Assembly (NCBI GenBank): GCA_965603825.1
Contig: CBFDEM010000055.1
Span: 434,001-498,000 of the forward strand
DNA length: 64,000 nt
From: Blepharisma stoltei ATCC 30299
Taxonomy: Eukaryota; Protista; Ciliophora
Reading direction: 5' to 3'
Below, in pieces: positions 35,140-48,148 of this stretch. Below the pieces are notes generated by a model that searched no databases, was not told the origin of the DNA, and saw nothing but the letters and a program-made list of their open reading frames with translations. Made by a program: the position numbers and the translations under genes. Each line of letters starts with the position of its first letter. Positions within the stretch are counted from its first letter, which is position 1.

Positions 35140-36060
35140 ATGGAGACGCCAAAGATTTACATAATCGGTGGAGGTGCCCTCTTGCTTATCGGGATAATCC
35201 TCTTCGCTATGTCTTTCGACTCAATTGAGCCAACTGAATGGGGACTGTGCTATAACACCTGGACAAAAACAGTATACACGGACGAAATTTATGAAGGAGG
35301 CAGATATGTGATTGGCTTCCAAAACTCTTTTATAGCCTTCCCAAGGAATTTAAGGACTATTGAGTTCTCAGAGTCAAGTCATGCACAAGGAAGCTTACTT
35401 AAGACGAGGACTAAAGAAGGGCTTTCACTTGGTCTTGAGCTATCTTTTCAATATGAGTTAATCAGAGGAAAAATACCAAAGCTCTATGAAATTTCTAATG
35501 TGAATTTTGAGCAGACTTTTATTAGAATTGCGAGGGATACTATTTTGCAGGAAGCAGGGAATTATCAAGCCCCGGAGTATTGGAATAACAGGACTGAGAT
35601 TGGAAAGAAAATGCAGGAAAAATTAGATGAAGCATTGGTAAGTGCTTATGCACATTGCAGAAATTTACAACTGATGAAAATTATTTTACCTGACAGCTAC
35701 GAAGAAAGCATTGTGGAGACTCAAGTTGAGGTCCAAAAAACAACGATGAAAGGCTTTGAACAGCAAGCTGAAGTTGTCAGGCAAAAATCATTAGTCCTTC
35801 AGTCAGAATGTGACCAAAATATCACTATTATTGAGTCAAGCGCCAATGCTCAAGCTTATTTTCTAAAAGAACTTGCTAAATCAATCTCAAGCTCCAATAC
35901 ACTGTATATGCAGTCTTATGTCTACTCGCAAGCTATTGACTTATTGCAGCTATCCCAAGAAGAGCTGAGTGAGTATTTATTCTTGAGATCAGTCAAAGAT
36001 AAACCAGACGCTACAATTGTTGTGGGAATTGATAGTGCAATGATCCAAGTGAAAGGCTAA
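35140..36060 (+). CDS. SPFH/Band-7 domain membrane protein
   Basis: N-terminal TM; RTKEGLSLGLELSFQY, NRTEIG and ILPDSYEESI SPFH-like motifs; C-terminal A/E/Q coiled coil. Confidence 0.82.
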   Translation: METPKIYIIGGGALLLIGIILFAMSFDSIEPTEWGLCYNTWTKTVYTDEIYEGGRYVIGFQNSFIAFPRNLRTIEFSESSHAQGSLLKTRTKEGLSLGLELSFQYELIRGKIPKLYEISNVNFEQTFIRIARDTILQEAGNYQAPEYWNNRTEIGKKMQEKLDEALVSAYAHCRNLQLMKIILPDSYEESIVETQVEVQKTTMKGFEQQAEVVRQKSLVLQSECDQNITIIESSANAQAYFLKELAKSISSSNTLYMQSYVYSQAIDLLQLSQEELSEYLFLRSVKDKPDATIVVGIDSAMIQVKG

Positions 36061-36252
36061 ATCTTAACTTATTAGAGTCTTAATAGAAATTCTGAAGTAT
36101 CAGAAATAATTTCTGAAGGTAACCTTAGAATATTTAGAGAATGCAAAATAATTATGTAGTCCGTAAATTATTTTAATTAAAATAAAATCGTCTTTATTCG
36201 GAATATGTGAAAAACTTTTAAAAATTCTTAACTATATCATCATGGATATAGC

Positions 36253-38964
36253 TTAATTTTCCGAAGCTATGCAAAGCTGACCTTGATTCAGATAAAGCAA
36301 TTCTAGTACTTGAGGAAGTCTTTCTTGCAGCATTTCTCTTTTTTTTACTTTCAAAATCTCAATCAGCTCATCAGGCTTGATTTTCAGACTTTTAGTCTCC
36401 TGAGGATTTACAGCTACAATAAGGATTTCTTCTTTTCCGCCATAATCCAGCTCATAAATCTTGATAAAATAATAGCTATTTGATCTCAGCTTGCTTCTTC
36501 CTCTATAAAGAAGTCTCCTTCTCGCTTCTTCTCTTTCTTGTGCAGCCTTTAACACCACGAACCCATATTTTATCGTAACAAGCTCAATAAGCATTATTTG
36601 GTAAATTCCTACAAGCTCGTCAAGTTTCCACACAGAAAGCAGCTCACAAATTTCATTTTCTGAGTAGCAGCTGCATTTTGGCTTGGCAATGCCAGATACT
36701 AATGGAAAGGCATCTACAATTACATTGGATTTGGTGAACTTGCCACCTTGAAGTCCGCCTAGCTGCTTTAAAGCTTTTTGGTGGAAACCATCCTGTGTAA
36801 CTGTCACGAAATGCAAAACGCCGTCAATTTCTTTTTTTCCAAAAGCAATATACTCTTTTAGAAGCTGATTTTGGATTTTTCGGCCCTTATATCGTTTGTA
36901 TTCTTTATATCGCCGTATAGCACTCTGGATCACTAAAAGAGCTTTAGTTATGTCTCCGCATCTTGGGGAGGAATTTCTAGGTTTTACGTTTTCTTCAGTT
37001 TTTTGATGGTGAACTTTAGATTCTTGCAGGACTTCTGAGGTGTCAGCAGTGCGAATTTCTGCTATATTCATCTGATAAGTTGCCTTTGACTTCATCGGAG
37101 TCGTATTTTGCGGCCTTGCTATATTAGAAATTCCAACTTTTCTTTCTGAAATTCCTGTGCTTTCTCTTTCTAATGGAGACTGGCCATTGGAAATAAGATT
37201 GTGGATCGTAGCTTCTTTAGGGATTAATGGGTCTTTTGTAGGAGAAACTGACCGCGGAGGGTTTGAAAACTTTTTTGTGCTTTTTTTGGACTGTTGAAAA
37301 CTAGGAGTTTCATCTCTTGGCTTTGGAGTGGAGGCTAATGTTTTTTTCCTGGAATTTTTCCGAATTTTTCATGGACTTTGAGGCTCAGATTTTTGCTTTG
37401 AAGATTTCGGGGAATTTTTGCCTTTTTGAGGCTTTTTGTCTATGAATCCTGAGTTGTCAGTGTGTAAGCTGGATTGAGGGCTGTTTTGAGGTACTTCTTT
37501 AGTGACTTCATGGTTAGTTTGTATAGAAATTTTGTGTATTAAACGTCTTGCTTTGAGAACTTCTTGACCATTTGGGAGATCAGTTATTTTTTCATTTTTA
37601 TTAGAAACTTCTGGAGATGTATCTATATTATTTTTGCTTTGAGTCTCATTTTTTGAGCTTACAACTGCAGGGTGATTTTCATTTGTATCAAATTCCTGAT
37701 TATTCAATAATTTTTCGATTTTTAATGTTCCAGACAATATTTCTTCTGGCTTTTCTATAGCTTTTGCTTCTTCTTTACTATAAATTTCAGTTTTATTGCC
37801 CTCTTCTTTTGCTTTTTCAAATTGAGTCATTATACTATGAGACGGTCTTGCTGATTTTAAGGTCTCTTCTTTTGAATGAGGTAATGGACTGATCGTCTCA
37901 ATGCTATTTCTTCTTGCATGGTTAATTTTTGGATCATTTAAGTACTTTAAAGCTGGATTTCCTTCATTTTTTGGCTTTATTGCTACTCCATTGTCTATTG
38001 GCATCAATAAATTTTTCTGCTGCTTATCAAGCTTTAAATTTTTTCTTATAAATGGATTTTCTTGTGGGACAAAATTATCTCTTATTAGCTTTTCAGGAGA
38101 ATTTTTTATCAAAATCTCAGTTTTATTTAAATTTGTAGGTTTCAGCCCAGGAAGTCTGACAGTTTTTAATGCATCCTTTTTTGCTTGTTTTTTTTTACTC
38201 CGAACTGATGATTTTTCTTCAGTTGTTCTTGTAGCAAGCTCTTCGTCAAATTGTGACTTAATAAAGGCTAAATATTGACAATTTGCTTCATTTATTTCAT
38301 ATTTCTCTTGCAGTTTTTTTATATAGTTATATCACTCTTCTGCTTGGTCTGTAATATTTTGATGTAAAAATATCACACATAAAATGCTGGCTCCGTCGAC
38401 TAAATACTGGACAATTTTGTTTTTATTGTTAGTTTCAATATTTAGCAAATGCTCGGCGAGTGAAACTGATTTTTTAGCCTTTTTGATAGCTTTTTCGGTA
38501 TTATCATTTTCAAGGTATAATGTGCATACTCTTAAATAAATTTCAGGGATTTTTACCCTGCAACTTGAGTTTTCCTTGGCAAGTGCTAAAGCCTCTTGGT
38601 AACATTTTTTCAATATTTCAAGCTTACCCTCACACTTAGCAACCTCCCCAATCAAAAGCTTTATTTCAATACTGATCTCTGGAGTCAATAAATTGTATTT
38701 TGTTAGAAATTCTATGAAATTTTCTGAAACTTTTGATGCTGCAGTAAGCTCAGAATTATCAATAAACGATTGAATAACCTCAATAACGCGAGATGTAAAG
38801 GCAGATATTTGACTTGAAGAACCGTAACTGATATACATAGAAACTTCGAGGGAGCCGAAATCTGTGGTAGAGTTCAGCTTTAAAAGCGTTTCTTCGATGT
38901 TTGCTTTGTCGATAGAGCCTGATAAGAGGTCAAGGATTGTTGATGAGATTTGAGAATCTGACAT
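36253..38964 (-). CDS. Hypothetical protein: TPR-like N-terminus, disordered middle, IQ motif (~903 aa)
   Basis: Three track ORFs in one frame joined by two TGA(W); IQSAIRRYKEYKRY IQ motif. Confidence 0.68.
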
Positions 38965-39783
38965 TACTGCTAAATTGATTAAATATATATGGAAAATACT
39001 GAGGAATTATTTAATAGGTAGCTGAAAATGAGTTCATAGGCTAATTATGTGAATAAAAGATGAAAGTTATTATATTCTATATTAAAAAACGTCGAGGAAA
39101 CTATTAGAATAAGCTACGGCAGTTATATTTTAAGAAAAAAATGTTGCAATGCTTCAATTTTAAAGATAAAAGAATTATAAATTTCACTAAAATTTCAAAT
39201 CTCTCATATTTCATAGGGAATTTTATTATTTACTTTGATTCATAATACAAAACTAAATTTATTGTTGAAATAAAGCCGTTTTTTTAGAAGCAAATAAAGG
39301 AAATTGTAATTAGATGTTTATTGAAAATATATAATTTAGAAAAAGTAAAAATATCGATAAAAATCGGATTAGCTATTTTTTTTATTGAGAATCTATACTA
39401 ATTATTCTAAAAATATGATAAGAAGTAAAATTATTTTTTCACCTTAGAAAACCTTCTAAAAGTATTGTAAACTTTCAATTAGATATCCATAATGTCCTGT
39501 GCAAAAATTATTCAAATAATCATTTGCAATTAAATTTTCTAATTATTTAAATAGCATAAGTTTAAAATGCATGAAGCAAACAAAAATGGTCTTTGCTAGA
39601 AATCATCTCTACCATATTAATTAAATTCTAATTCTAGATAGCTAATAATCAAGCATATAATAATATGTTCCAATAGGATTAATTTATTTTTTTCCCAGAA
39701 ATTTATTGTTTAATTTTGACTAAATTTGTGTTAAGCTGTGAAAATAATTTCAGTATTGAAAATCATTTGGAATCATTAATAAA

Positions 39784-42700
39784 ATGTCTCTTATTAAAGC
39801 TTTAGAAGAAACTTTAAGATGTTGTCAACTCTCATGGTGAAAATTGATCCTGTTAATTTGTCTCCAGAATTTTTGTTATTCTTTAGAAGCTATTGTGGCT
39901 TATGAAAAAAATAACCCAATCTGAAGGCTAGATTTACTTTTGGATATATCCTCAGATTGAGATTCTCTCATAGAATGACACAATTGTGAATTTTTACAAA
40001 TATCGACTTGCTTTGATTTTTATGAAAATTCTACTGTAATACTAGATTTAACAGATAGCATTGAAACTCAATTTTTTATTTCTAAATTATGCAAAGAAAG
40101 AGAAATCTCTCATTTGGTGTTTGAAAATAAGCTGGCTTATGCTGATCAGCTAACTTTCTCAATAACACCATCCTACTTAGAACAAATTAATGTCTTCATA
40201 TCTGTCCTTAACTATTTTAATTGAACTCAAGGTCTTATAGTTTATGATAGACTTGAAAATTCTCTAAAAGAAAAATTCGAAAAATATTCAGAAAATTTGA
40301 ATTATTTGATTATTGAATCTGAGGCAAATATTGATGAGCTGGTAAATAGGATTATAGCTCCTCTCGGTACTACTCTTTATTACATTTTTATGAATTACAC
40401 TGATTCATATAAATTGCAAAATGCTTTACTATCAGCTAAACTTTTAACCAGCGGCAATGGAATTGTTTTAGATCAAAAAAGCGGGTATGAATGTAGTATT
40501 GATGGGGCCTTGATTATTACAGATAAAGGCCAAGAATTCGTCATTTCTGATGAAGATTATTTGAAATCATCAATAAAGAGCATAGTTTCTTATTTACTGA
40601 GTCACATAAGAACAGAAAGTAGCTCAGAAATATTTTTTCATCTAAATTCTCTCTTTAAAAGTCATTATGGCAATAGAAATTTTTCATTAATTAATACCCA
40701 AGAGGGGAAAAGAGAAATAATAGGAGAAATTATTGACGAAAAATTATTTTTATTCAAAAATATCACTTTTCCAGGCAATATATCAGAAATCCCGAAATCT
40801 CAGAAAAAAATTTTGCAGTTAAGCATTGAAGCTGGCTCCACAAATCCTACAGGCCCAGCTCTTCCTATAGGATTAATCGGCGGATACGGCTCATATGCCG
40901 CTCGTGACATTATTAATAACGGAGACTCTGATCTTCTCAATAATTTCCAAATTTCCCTTACAAATTTTGACTGTGGAGTATCAATTTATAATGCAACTTT
41001 TGCAAATACCTGTTATTCAAAAAACAAAGAAAATTTCGGCCTAGGACACATCTCAGCCTGAGGGTCAGTCATGGCAATTGGATCAATGTCATCTTTTAAG
41101 CAGCTTAATTTAACATTCCCTATCGTCAGTGCTACCAATGGTGACACCACCTTAAGTTCCACCACAAATTTCCCTATGTATATGCGAGTCCAACTTTCCT
41201 ATTCCTATGCATACTCTTTAGTCCCAATTTTTATCCGAGCTTTAGGATGGGAAAAAGTTGCAGTCCTTTACCAAAATGACACATGAGGACTATCAGGGTA
41301 TTATTTTCTAATCCAAAGCATAAAAAGCCATGATCTCTCTTTAATCAACCCAGAAAGCAGCAGAGCTTTTCCACCAAATCTTGACAGAGATGGACTAAAA
41401 AAATACTCATATATTCTTCAAGAAATTATTGACTGCCAAGCAAGGTTCTTAATTTTTATTTTTCAGTACCCATCAGCTTATTATATATTTGAAGAATTTT
41501 ATGATTTAGGACTGAGAAAAGGAGACTTGGTGTTTTTTACGACACTTACAGATTTAGTTACCCTAGCGGGGTATGATAATGTGCATAAATACAAAGTTTA
41601 TGAAATTGCGATACCAATTATAACGACCTATGGACAAAGCTGGGTTGGACCTTTAGGAACAAAAGCGTTAGCACATATTAATAAGGACTATGGAGGGATA
41701 ATAAATTCATACAGCTGCTTTTATTTTGATGCTTTATTTTTGATGGTTTATGCTTTAGATTATATGATAAATAGAGGGCTGGATTATTCTAACCCTTTTA
41801 AACTTCAAGAGATAATGAGAAATCAGCAGTTTTATGGGTGCACTGGACAAGTGATTATAGAAAAAGGGTCAAATGATAGGATTGTCCAAGTTTTTGAAAT
41901 AATTCTTAATAAATTGGACGAAAATGGAAATTTAGCTTATTATATTATGGGAGAGTTTCGGCCGCAAAGCACACAGCTTATAAAAATCCAAGAGCCTTTG
42001 CTATATGCAGATGGATCCACAGTAAAACCTACTGATTTAAGGAACAAAAATTATGAATGTCCTTTTCCTAACAGACTTGTAAAGACTTTTGCAAAAGGAA
42101 GAGCTTTGGTATTTGGGATTTGTTTTGGAATTGCAGGAATTTCGCTATTTATTACTATTTATATATGAAAAAGATGGTGGGAAATCTCTATAGAGCCTTT
42201 AGAAGCTAAAAAAGAAATCTCTTTACAAGACTTTATTGTCGGCGCAACTATGTTTATTGAATTTTTCCAGTTTTCCTCTATGGGCCCTGATTTTTCGCCA
42301 ATAAATTCTGCACTGGCCAGCGTAAGTGATACTCTTTCCCTAAGTCTGGACCATATTATTAAGCTCAAGAATGGAGTATTTTGAATTGTGGTTAATGCTG
42401 TATTCGGGTCTATTGGCTTATGAGTAATCCTATGCTCTGTAATTCTTCTTCGGCTTGACGAAAAATTCCCACACAATTTTATGCTCAGAAATCTGAACAC
42501 CTTGGCTGATTATTTTATGCCAATTTTAGGCGACCTATGCTTTATCCCATTTATTTCAGTCTGCCTTGACATTTTTTTATGTGACCAATCTATTGGAGAT
42601 AATTTTACTGACAGTTTTCTTGCCCAAGACTGCTATTATTTTTGCTGGGAAGGTGAGCATTTAGCTTACGCAATTTTGTCGATTTTTGCTTTAATGGCTT

Positions 42701-43221
42701 ATGAGCCTCTAGCTGTTTTTTGTAGACCTCTTTGACAAGAGCTTCAGCCTCTTTTGCATGTAAAAGCAGCTCCACTTTTTTTGATGGTAAAAACGATGGT
42801 TCAAATTACCTTAATTGTTATGAATAAGACAGTCAAAAGAGCACAAAGCGCTCTTCATGGAGCTCTATTTATAACAGTGATGGTTTTATATATCATTTTT
42901 CTATGTAAATTCAAGCCTTATAATTATGCAAGATACAGTTGATGGCAAACTTTGATTTTAATTGGAGTTGTATGACTTGCTTTTCTGTCGATAATTTCTC
43001 AGAATATTTGAGGCAATCCATTGACTCTAACATTAATTTTGGGGTCAGGTTTGGTAATTATTGGATTAATTGGTATTTATATACAATATAAAAAATACCC
43101 AAGTCTATTGTTCCGTAAAAAGGGTCAAGATACATCTACTTTATTTAAATTTGCTTTTGCTTTTGGAAAAAATTCAAAAATTGCACTATCAAAAATTCAT
43201 CCAAATATTGTCTCGAAGTAG
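39784..43221 (+). CDS. Receptor-like protein 1: Venus-flytrap (ANF-receptor/PBP1) modules + multi-pass TM domain (~1145 aa)
   Basis: Single frame with TGA=W; YMRV..S..LGWEKVAVLY and FYGCTGQV.IEKGSNDR flytrap motifs; ~9 hydrophobic helices; TAG stop. Confidence 0.85.
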
Positions 43222-43793
43222 CTTGAAAAGTCTTTTATTGTTAATAATTTACTATCTTTATATATTATACATATATTCTGGCTTTCGAATTGCATTTCAT
43301 TATTATAGTTATTCAAGAAATTAAGTAGTAATAAATTATTTATTTTGTGCTATATGAAATATTCTCATCTTCGTCCCTTAAACATTTTACTTCATTCTAA
43401 AAGATAGCATTAATGTGCAAATCTTCTCGACATACATAAGCATGTTTAAAGCTGCTTGGCCATATCATTTGCTTAATATCAAATAAATACTGACAAATTT
43501 TTATTAAATTTATTTTCTTTAATAGAGATTAATAAATGTTTAATTATTGTTGGATATCAATAGCATGTTAGAAAGACCCTGAAACAGAAACAAACTTCTT
43601 GCCAGAATTTTATTTTGCTCGGCTATATTTGACCTATATTAGAATAAAATTTGCTAGTATTAGGAGGATTCAAAAATTGAGTATTACTTATTAACTAATA
43701 CTTTAAATAAAAATTAGGTTTATATTTAAATATAGAATATAATATAAAAAGCTTTCTCTTTATATAACTAATATTATCGGGACTTAATAAAAA

Positions 43794-46700
43794 ATGTCTC
43801 TCATTGAAAACTGTTCAATAAATTATCGGACCATATGAAAATTGATATTCTTTATTTGTTTGCTGGATCGTTGCAAATGCTTAGAAATTATTGTGATTTA
43901 TGAAAAAAGTAATATTGATTGAAATTCACAACTGCTTATGAGTTCTCTGCCAGAGCCAAATTCTGTTGTTGAATTGCACAATTGTGAATTTTCAAATATT
44001 TCAGCTTGCTTTAATTATTATGAAAACTCTATTTTAGCGGTAGATTTAACAGAAAGCAGTAAAAGCCAATTTATTATTTCTCAAATATGCACAGTAAGGG
44101 AAATTCCTCACTTGGTGTTTGAGAACAAACTCAGTTATTTTGATGAATGAACTTTCTCAGCTAAGCCTTCTTCACTAAGCCAGATTAATGCATTTATAGA
44201 TGTTCTTATATATTTTGGATGGACTCAAGGCCTCGTGATTTATGATGGATTTAAAAATACTCTAAGAGAAAACCTCGAAAAATATTCAGTAAATTTGAAC
44301 TACTTGAATATTGAGCCTAAGGCAAACATTGAAGAAATAGTTAATAGAATTATAACCCCTCTTGGTGAGACTCTCTATTATATTTTTATGAATCCAACTG
44401 AGTCCTTAAAATTGCAAAATCTTTTGATGTCCACAAAACTTTTAACTTCTGGAAATGGAATTCTTTTGGACCAGAAAAGCGGATACCAGTGTATAGTTGA
44501 GGGTGCCTTAATTATTACTGAAAAACCTCAAGAACTCATCTCTTCAGAAGAAAATTATAGAATATCAGCAATCGGAAGTGTAATCTCTTCCTTGCTAAAG
44601 TCCATTAAATCAGAAAATGCTTACGAAATGCTATACCATCTAAACTTGCTGTCAAAAAACCATTATATTTTCAGAAATTTTTCCTTAATTAACATACAAA
44701 ATGGTGAAAGAGTAATTGTTGGAGAAATCATTGATGGAAATTTATCCTTATTTAGCGATATAAATTTCTCAGGTAACTCTACAGATATCCCAAACTCAGC
44801 CCAAAAAATTTTGCATCTTAGCATTGAAGCTGGCTCTACAAATCCTACAGGCCCACCAATTACTGTTGGATTAGTTGGAGGATATGGCTCATATGCTGCA
44901 ATAGACGTCATAAATGAAGGCAATATAGATCTCCTCAATAATTTTCAAGTCGAGATGTTTAATTTTGACTGTGGAACCTCAATTTATAACTCCGCATTTG
45001 CTAATTCCTGCTATTTAAAAGATAAAGATAAATTTGGCCTGGGACATGTATCAGCGTGGTCTTCAGTTATGGCAATTGGGTCAATGAAATCTTTTAAAGA
45101 GCTTAATTTAACATTTCCTATTGTAAGTGCTACAAATGGAGACATTACCTTAAATTCAACAGCAGATTATCCAATGTATATGAGAGTTCAGCCTTCTTTT
45201 TCTTTTGAATACTCTTTAATTTCAATTTTTATCCGCGCTTTAGGGTGAAAACAAATTGCAGTTCTTTATCAAAATGATTCTTGAGGACTATCAGGGTATC
45301 TTTATTTTTTAGAAGGAATTAAAAATCATGATATCTCTATAATAAACCCAGAAAATAAAAGAGTTATTGCACCAGATCTTGACCGTGATGAAGTAAAGGA
45401 GTATTCAGGAGTTCTCCAACAACTGATAGATTGCCAGGCGCGATTTTTGGTTTCTATTTTACATTTTCCTACCGCTTACTATATATTTGAAGAACTCTAC
45501 GATTTAGGACTGAGAAAAGGTGACCTCGTCATTTTCACGACTGTAACTGATTTGGCTACTTTTGAAGCATATGATGATAAATATTTATACAAATTAAATG
45601 AAATTGCTGTACCTATGATTTCTATATATGGGCAAAGCTGAGTCGGATCATTAGGGAAAAAAGCCTTAGATAGAATTTCTGAAGCTTATGGAGGATCAAT
45701 AAACTCGTATAGCTGCTTTTATTTTGATTCAGTATTTTTAATTGCTTATGCGCTGGATTTTATGATTAATAGAGGATTAGACTATACTGATCCTAATAAG
45801 CTACAAAAAATTATGAGAAATATCCAATTTTATGGGTGTACTGGAAAAGTTAATATAGAAAAAGGGTCAAATGATAGGATTTTGCAGATATTTGAGATTA
45901 TAGTAAATAAGCTTGATGCAAGTGATAATATTACAACGTATATTATGGGCCAGTTTAAGCCTCAAAGTACACAATTGATAAATATCCAAGAACCATTAGA
46001 ATATTCTAATGGTTCAACTACAAAGCCATCAGATTTAAGGACTAGTAGTAGCCAATGCCCTTTTCCTGATAAGCTTATAAAAACATTTGCTAAAGGTAGA
46101 ATCCTAGTGTTTGGGATCTGCTTTGCCGTTGCCTTGATATCCTTTGCTATTACATTTTATATATGGAAAAAATGATGGAAATTTTCAATTGAGCCATTAA
46201 CAGTAAGAGAAGAAATCTGCTTGCAAGACATTATTGTAGCTGTGACCATTATTATTGAATTTTTTCAACTTTCTTCAATGGGACCAGATTTTTCACCTAT
46301 TAACTCTACACTGGCTGGAATTAGTAATTTTTTTTCGCTGAGCTTAGACAATATATTGAAATTAAGAAATGGAGTATTTTGAATTATTGTCAATGCTGTT
46401 TTCGGATCAATTGGGTTATGGGTATTTCTGTGCTCAGTTGTGCTTCTTAGACTTGATGAAAAATTTCCTATGAGCTTTATTTTCAGAAATTTAGGTACTT
46501 TAGCAGAGTATTTGATGCCTGTTTTAGGCGATCTTTGTTTTATTCCCTTTATTTCAATTTGCCTTGATATTTTTTTATGTGATCAGTCGATTGGAGATAA
46601 TTTTACTGACAGTTTTTTAGCAGCAGACTGCTATTATTTTTGTTGGAAAGATGAACATTTATTTTATGCAATTTTTTCTGTTATTGCTTTAATAGCTTAT

Positions 46701-47267
46701 GAGCCCCTTGCAGTTTTTGGTAGGCCTCTTTGGCAAGAGCTGCAGCCCATTTTGCATGTAAAAGCAGTTCCACTATTTTTGATGGTAAAAACAATGATCC
46801 AAATTATATTAATTGTGATGAACAAGACAGTAAAAAGGGCCCAAAACCTCCTTCACGGAGCTCTTTTTATATTTGTGATGATCATATATATAGCTTTTCT
46901 TTATAAGTTCAAGCCTTTTAATTATCAAAGATACAGTTGATGGCAAACTTTAGTCTCAGTTGGAGTTGTGTGGCTTGCTTTGATTTCAGTAATTGAGCAA
47001 AGTTCTGGAGTTAATCCTATATTTTTACTATCAGTTTTATGCTTTGGATTCTTAATCATTGGACTGCTAGGAGTATATGTTCAAAGAAAAAAATACCCTA
47101 GCCTTCTTTTTAGGAAAAAGGGTCAAGATACATCTAATTTATTTAAATTTGCCTTTACTTTTGGTAGGCATTCAAAAGCAGCTTTATCAAAAATTGTACC
47201 GAGTAGTTTACCAACGTCAGCAAGAAAATCACTTTCAGCGAGAAAAATTGAAAATCCTAGCCCTTAA
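43794..47267 (+). CDS. Receptor-like protein 2 (~1157 aa)
   Basis: Six track fragments in one frame; collinear paralogue of copy 1; TAA stop. Confidence 0.85.
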
Positions 47268-48148
47268 GCTATTTTAAAATTAAATATGCACGCTGGAATT
47301 TTTTAATGTAAATAATCGGCTCTTTTTGAGCAAAGAGATATCTGCTTTATATAATCACATTTAAATTTATTGATAGATGCTCATCATAATAAATATGTGC
47401 TCGAGGTTTAATCCATATAGAGCAGCGCTCTATAGCCCAGAATAAATTTTAAGCTTGTAATTAGAGTCTATTCACTTTTAAATAATAGTTGCTATTATAC
47501 AAAATCATAACTTGCATGAATATGCCATGATTGTTTAAGATTTAATAGACTGCATCAAAACTCAGTTATTATCTGCTATGCAAGGGCACTTACAAAGTAA
47601 ACTCATCATTCTGAGTAGTTTACCATTATCAGCTGAAAATTTTAAACTAAGTCCTTGCTCTTCAGCAAGCATAGCTCAGCATTTCTGAAAAAGCAAGCTT
47701 CATATAGAATAAGTCTGTATTAATTTTTGATAATTTTCTATCAGGATTCAATAAAAAGTATTAATTTGAAAATACAATTTACGGTAGTCATTTAATATAG
47801 AGCGAATATTACTATTAATAAATTTCAGAGCTGATAACTTTGCCTAATATTCTACTTTTAAATTTTAGAATTCAAATTCTTAGATTAAGCTTAAACTCCA
47901 TAACATAATGAAAATTTTCCATATAGCATTGTCCCGGGCTTAGCAATGAATAATTTCATTAATTTCTTAAAAGAATAATATATTAAGAAGATAAATGCGT
48001 AAAATAAATTTATTCGCCTTCTAATATTAGTTTAAATATTTAATAGCGTCTCTTTTCAAATTATTAAATTTGCTTACAAGAAAAGTAATGAATGCTCACA
48101 ATAAATTTATTCACCTTCTAATAAAACATAAAGTAATTTACCTCTATA

